Made by a program: the position numbers and the translations under genes. From Chiloscyllium plagiosum (Eukaryota), in the NCBI RefSeq assembly GCF_004010195.1, contig NC_057719.1, positions 61,566,946-61,608,242 of the forward strand: a stretch of 41,297 nt of DNA, given 5' to 3'. The notes beneath the pieces are model-generated. The model did no database searches. It was not told the origin of the DNA and was given only the letters and a program-made list of their open reading frames with translations. Shown piece by piece: positions 37,060-41,297 of this stretch (within the stretch, counting starts at the first letter, position 1; every line of letters starts with the position of its first letter).

Positions 37060-38330
37060 TAGCTTTATTACTCGTGATCATCATGTGTGCTCTGTCTGAA
37101 GGCAGGTTCTTAGTTTACAGTCTTCACCGTGCCTTTTTTGTTCTGTGACATTCTTTTCATTTTCCAATGGCTTCCTAGAATGTTTGAGCCATCCAGCTTT
37201 GATATTCTTTAGTTTCCTCTTCATCTTTCCCTTGAAATCTTCCGTCCACCATATCTCTTCTTAGTCTGTTTCCTTTTTAGGTGCATCCTGCACAGTCCCT
37301 CTGACTTTTTCTAATTACATTTAACAAATTTGTTTGGTTGTACAGTCTGCTCATTTGTTATTTTTACTGAATCTTTCCATTCACCTCCATACCAACATTT
37401 CAAAACTATTTAGCAAGTTACTCTCCTCTTTCTCCACATCATACAAACCAAGCTTTTAACAAGTCTCTTCTTGAATTATTTATTTAGGTTTCCAGTTAGC
37501 AACTATCTCTTCTTACGGTTGCATCTTCCATCTGCAGATGTTACACTTTCTGTATACTTAACTTCTTGCACCTATTATTTTCCTTCTATGAATTTGAGTA
37601 TTTCTTGGTGGTTTTCAGATGTGCATCACTTTAGTTTTGCCATATTCACTTTCTTTCCAAAGTTCATGCCTGGTGTTTCTTGTCTATCCATGAGTTATTT
37701 TTATCTGCCTCCTGCGTTTTCTCGAAATGTTTTGTTAATTGAAAATCTAACAGACATTAGCATTTGCCTGCACCAAACTCCTCACCACACACCCACACCC
37801 CCATCTTAACACCAAATGTTTTTGTCTTCGATTGCTTCTTTAATAATTGTTTCAGCACAGACAATTAGGACTTCAGGTGATAAATAGCACTCTTGTCAAA
37901 GTCCACTTCAAAATACAGGTGGTTCTGCCTTCCCATTGGGTACTATCACTCTTAATGTTTGTCAAATTTGTTAAGAACTTTCTTATGAGCCATCCATCTC
38001 TCCAGTCTACTCCAATGTTTTTCAGCGCTGTCAGGAGCTTATTACGGTCAATCCTACTGAATGTTTTTGTCAAAATTGACAGACAAACATATAATTGTTG
38101 TTCAAACTATAAACTTTATTTACTCATTAATTTTTTAATGCCAATTGCCTCTCTCATCTCTCTTCACGTTGCAATCCAAACTGGTCATGTCCAATGTATT
38201 TCTGTGCCCTTAAATCCACTCATTTGCTGCAGTTCTCAAAATAACTTTTGATACAATTACATGTCTTTTGCTTCTTTCTTAGGGTGATCATTATCGTCTA
38301 CATGAATCTTCTTGTCATTTGCCTGATAAG
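37060..38330 (-). mobile_element. Decayed RTE-clade LINE RT remnant
   Basis: KTFSRIDRNKLLTALKNIGVDWRDGWLIRKF (ORF 37873..38073) resembles RTE RT KAFDRV...L..IGVDWRD.RLI..LY. Confidence 0.7.
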
Positions 38331-38339
38331 TAAATATCT

Positions 38340-39700
38340 TGTCCAACTGTAAACATTTATGTTGCATTTTGTACTGAATCCATCTACTATTAAAGCCATC
38401 GACCTCAAATTCTGTTTTAATGATCTACTCAACTTTTGAAGCCAATTTCAAAGATTGTGTATGTGTAACCCCAATTCTTTGTTTTCTTACATTTTTCTTC
38501 AAACATTAAGTTCATATTACCTCTCTTCATTTTTCTCACCTAAATATAAAATGCATTTTTTTTTGTTTTAAATTTCATCTACCATTGGTCAAAAGCAGGC
38601 AGGCAGGACTAGTTTAGTCTGGGGTTATGTTCAACATGGACTGATTGGACCGAAGGGTCTGTTTCTGAGCTTTATGACTCTATGACTCTATGTGTCTGCT
38701 CATTTCATCAGTCTGTCCAATCCACTGACAGTCTGTAACTGTTTACCATATTTACTACATTTCTGAGATTCATTCCATCTTCAAACTTTGAAAATATCTT
38801 TTGCATACCCAATTCCAGGGTAATAATATATATCGAAAGGAGCAGTGGTCTTAATACTAACCCCTGAAAAAGAACAGTTCCACAGCACTCCATGCCTTCT
38901 GTCGCTGTTGCCTTAATCCTTTCATTTTACTTATTCATCTCTTATATGTGGCACATCAGCAAGCAACATTTGAATACTTACATGCCCAACTTCAACCACA
39001 CTATACTCATCAACCTTCTCCGGGATTTCACAAAATCTCAAACGAGTTATTAAAAAACATATGGTGATTTTCATTTATTAGTCTATTCTTTGCTAAACGA
39101 CACTTAATTCTGTCACATGTGATTACCTCTAAAAATCTCCCAATCACTGGCATCAGGTTAACTGGTCTGATTACAGATTTTGCAATTTCTCCCCAATCTC
39201 TGTTTCCACTTTCATATTCAAAAAGAACCGGAGGATTGTGGAAAGAACTCCACAATGTTCCAATGTCGTATGACTCTATGTCTCCATAGTCTCCACCCTA
39301 AAGAAGCAGGAATGCATCCCCAACTGGACTGGGTAATGTTTCTAATCTGAGCAGAAGTAAATTCTATTCATGAGTTTTTTTATTGTGTCCATTATTGTGG
39401 CTGCTTCCTTCTTTATTGTTACATTGACAGCTTCGTCTTCTCCGGCAAAGATAAATACAAAATGCTCTTAATACCTTAGGTATGCTTCCTCCTCAAAGAA
39501 GGCCTAGACTGATTGAACCTAGTCTTTTTCCATAATTATTCTAACTTTGACAAATTATGGCATTATTCCCGCAAATGTTTTTCCTCTGATCCGTGCTTTA
39601 CTTAATTGTCTTGAACGTGTTTGAACATTTTTTTTTCCTCATTGGCCTGGAACCATACTAATCAAAAAAGCTCCATCGCACACATTTCAGGAATTCCTTC
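38340..39700 (-). mobile_element. Old CR1 ORF2 remnant
   Basis: FQGLVLRPLL..IYI..L, SKFEDG and RPVNLMPVIGRFLE (ORFs 38708..38893 and 39028..39255). Confidence 0.75.
38598..38692 (+). mobile_element. Short CR1 3' UTR insert nested in the older CR1
   Basis: ttggaccgaagggtctgtttc...tatgactctatgactctatg. Confidence 0.8.
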
Positions 39701-40009
39701 CTCTCTTTATACTGTACATTGTTACTATCTCAACTGGATTAGGAAGATTGAAATACCTCATTATCAATGTTCTATCATCGTATTCTTTTGCAATTTGCCT
39801 GCAAATTTGTCCCTCTTCCTACTCCTTGCCATTTGGTGGCCTACATACAAACAAAATTGCACACAGCTCCTCTAATATTTCTTAACTGGATCCTAACAGA
39901 TCCTATTTTTGGTTTCTCAACTACCTCATCTCTCATCAATGTCAAAGTAGTTCATTTTATCACTACTGCCATCTCTATTCTCTCCTGTTATTTCTTCCTG
40001 AAATTTTTA

Positions 40010-40230
40010 ACTTCAATTGCATTCACAGTAAATATCATTATGCAAGTAAGCCTCTTTTGTGATGCATGCACAAGGAAAACCGGAACCCTATGCATCTCAG
40101 ACCTCTGCAATCTCTCACTATTTAAAATATGTTTTTTTTTATAGTTCCTGCCAAAATGGAGAATTTTGTATTTTCTGACAATATACTCCATTTGCCAGAT
40201 CCTTGCCCACTCACTTACAACATCACCAAT
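40010..40230 (-). mobile_element. CR1 ORF2 fragment
   Basis: SEWARIWQMEYIVRKYKILHFGRN. Confidence 0.8.
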
Positions 40231-40315
40231 GATGTCCATTAATCTGGTAATAGAGAGACACACATCATGCAGAATTAATGTGCACTAGGGGAGAGTTCCC
40301 TCTGATAACTGCATT

Positions 40316-41165
40316 CAATAGACAATAGGTGCAGGAGTAGGCCATTCTGCCCTTCGAGCCTGCACCACCATTCAATATGATCATGGCTGATCATCCTTAA
40401 TCAGTATCCTGTTCCTGCCTTATTTCTATAACCCTTGATTCCACTATCCTTGAGAGCTCTATCCAATTACTTCTTAAATGAATCCAGAGACTGGGCCTCC
40501 ACTGCCCTCTGGGGCAGAGCATTCCACACAGCCACCACTCCCTGGGTGAAGAAGTTTCTCCTCAAGTCTATCCTAAATGGTCTACCCCGTATTTTTAAGC
40601 TGTGTCCTTTGGTTCGTCACTCACCCATCAGCGGAAACATGTTTCCATCCTCCAGAGTGTCCAATCCTTTAATAATCTTATATGTCTCAATCAGATCCCC
40701 TCTCAGTCTTCTAAACTCAAGGGTATACAAGCCCAGTCGCTCCAGTCTTTCAGTGTAAGATAATCCCGCCATTCCAGGAATTGACCTCGTGAACCTACGC
40801 TGCACTCCCTCAATAGCCAGAATGTCTTTCCTCAAATTTGGAGACCAGAACTGCACACAGCACTCCAGGTGTGTTCTCACCAGGGCCCTGTACAGCTGCA
40901 GAAGCACCTCTTTGCTTCTATACTCCCTCCCTCTTGTTATGAAGGCCAGCATGCTATTAGCCTTCTTCACTACCTGCTGTACCTGCATGTTTACCTTCAT
41001 TGACTGGTGTACAAGAACACCTAGATCTCTCTGTACTTCCTTTTTTACCTAAATTGATTCCATTTAGGTAGTAATCTGCCTTCCTGTTGTTGCCACCAAA
41101 ATGGATAACCATACATTTATCCACATTAAACTGCATCTGCCATGCATCTGACCACTCACCTAACT
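40316..41165 (-). mobile_element. Young CR1 LINE 3' portion, interrupted at 41165 by a Penelope-like element
   Basis: caatagacaatag tail; ORFs 40617..41000 and part of 40957..41241. Confidence 0.95.
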
Positions 41166-41297
41166 TTTGGATTAGTGGTGCTGGAAGAGCACAGCAGTTC
41201 AGGCAGCATCCAAAGAGCTTTGAAATCGACGTTTCGGGCAAAAGCCCTTCATCAGGAATAAAGGCAGTGAGCCTGAAGCGTGAAGAGATAAGCTAGG
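41166..41297 (-). mobile_element. Penelope-like element terminal repeat, continuing beyond the window
   Basis: Same family as the 5601, 9662 and 17313 inserts, but extends past the hammerhead motif; CpGs are retained. Confidence 0.8.
41224..41259 (-). ncRNA. Minimal type I hammerhead ribozyme motif, apparently intact
   Basis: Minus strand reads AUUC-CUGAUGA-A-GGGC(UUUU)GCCC-GAAAC-GUC-GAUU. Confidence 0.75.

Overview
Vertebrate, repeat-rich genomic DNA. The HE1/V-SINE copies and the CR1 families with (TTCTATG)n and (CTATGA)n tails point to a shark or other elasmobranch; this is inference. The window is almost entirely intronic sequence of a minus-strand gene recognised as AKAP6 (mAKAP). Three internal coding exons (123, 97 and 164 nt) have canonical GT-AG ends and matching phases and encode the spectrin-like-repeat region. 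The introns hold many CR1 LINE copies (one near full length), HE1 and other tRNA-derived SINEs, RTE, Tx1/L1, Gypsy and Harbinger remnants, MITEs and Penelope-like elements. Most interesting observations: (1) minimal type I hammerhead ribozyme motifs of two families in the Penelope-derived inserts, including an apparently intact one at 41224-41259 and a TSD-flanked fold-back element carrying two inverted copies; (2) a 124-bp insertion at 9209-9332 that is a circularly permuted copy of nearby unique sequence, as expected if a ~200-bp DNA circle had re-integrated; (3) an in-frame 63-nt cryptic exon only 41 nt upstream of a real AKAP6 exon. Two assembly gaps lie inside young CR1 copies. All family assignments come from motif recognition by eye; no searches were run.
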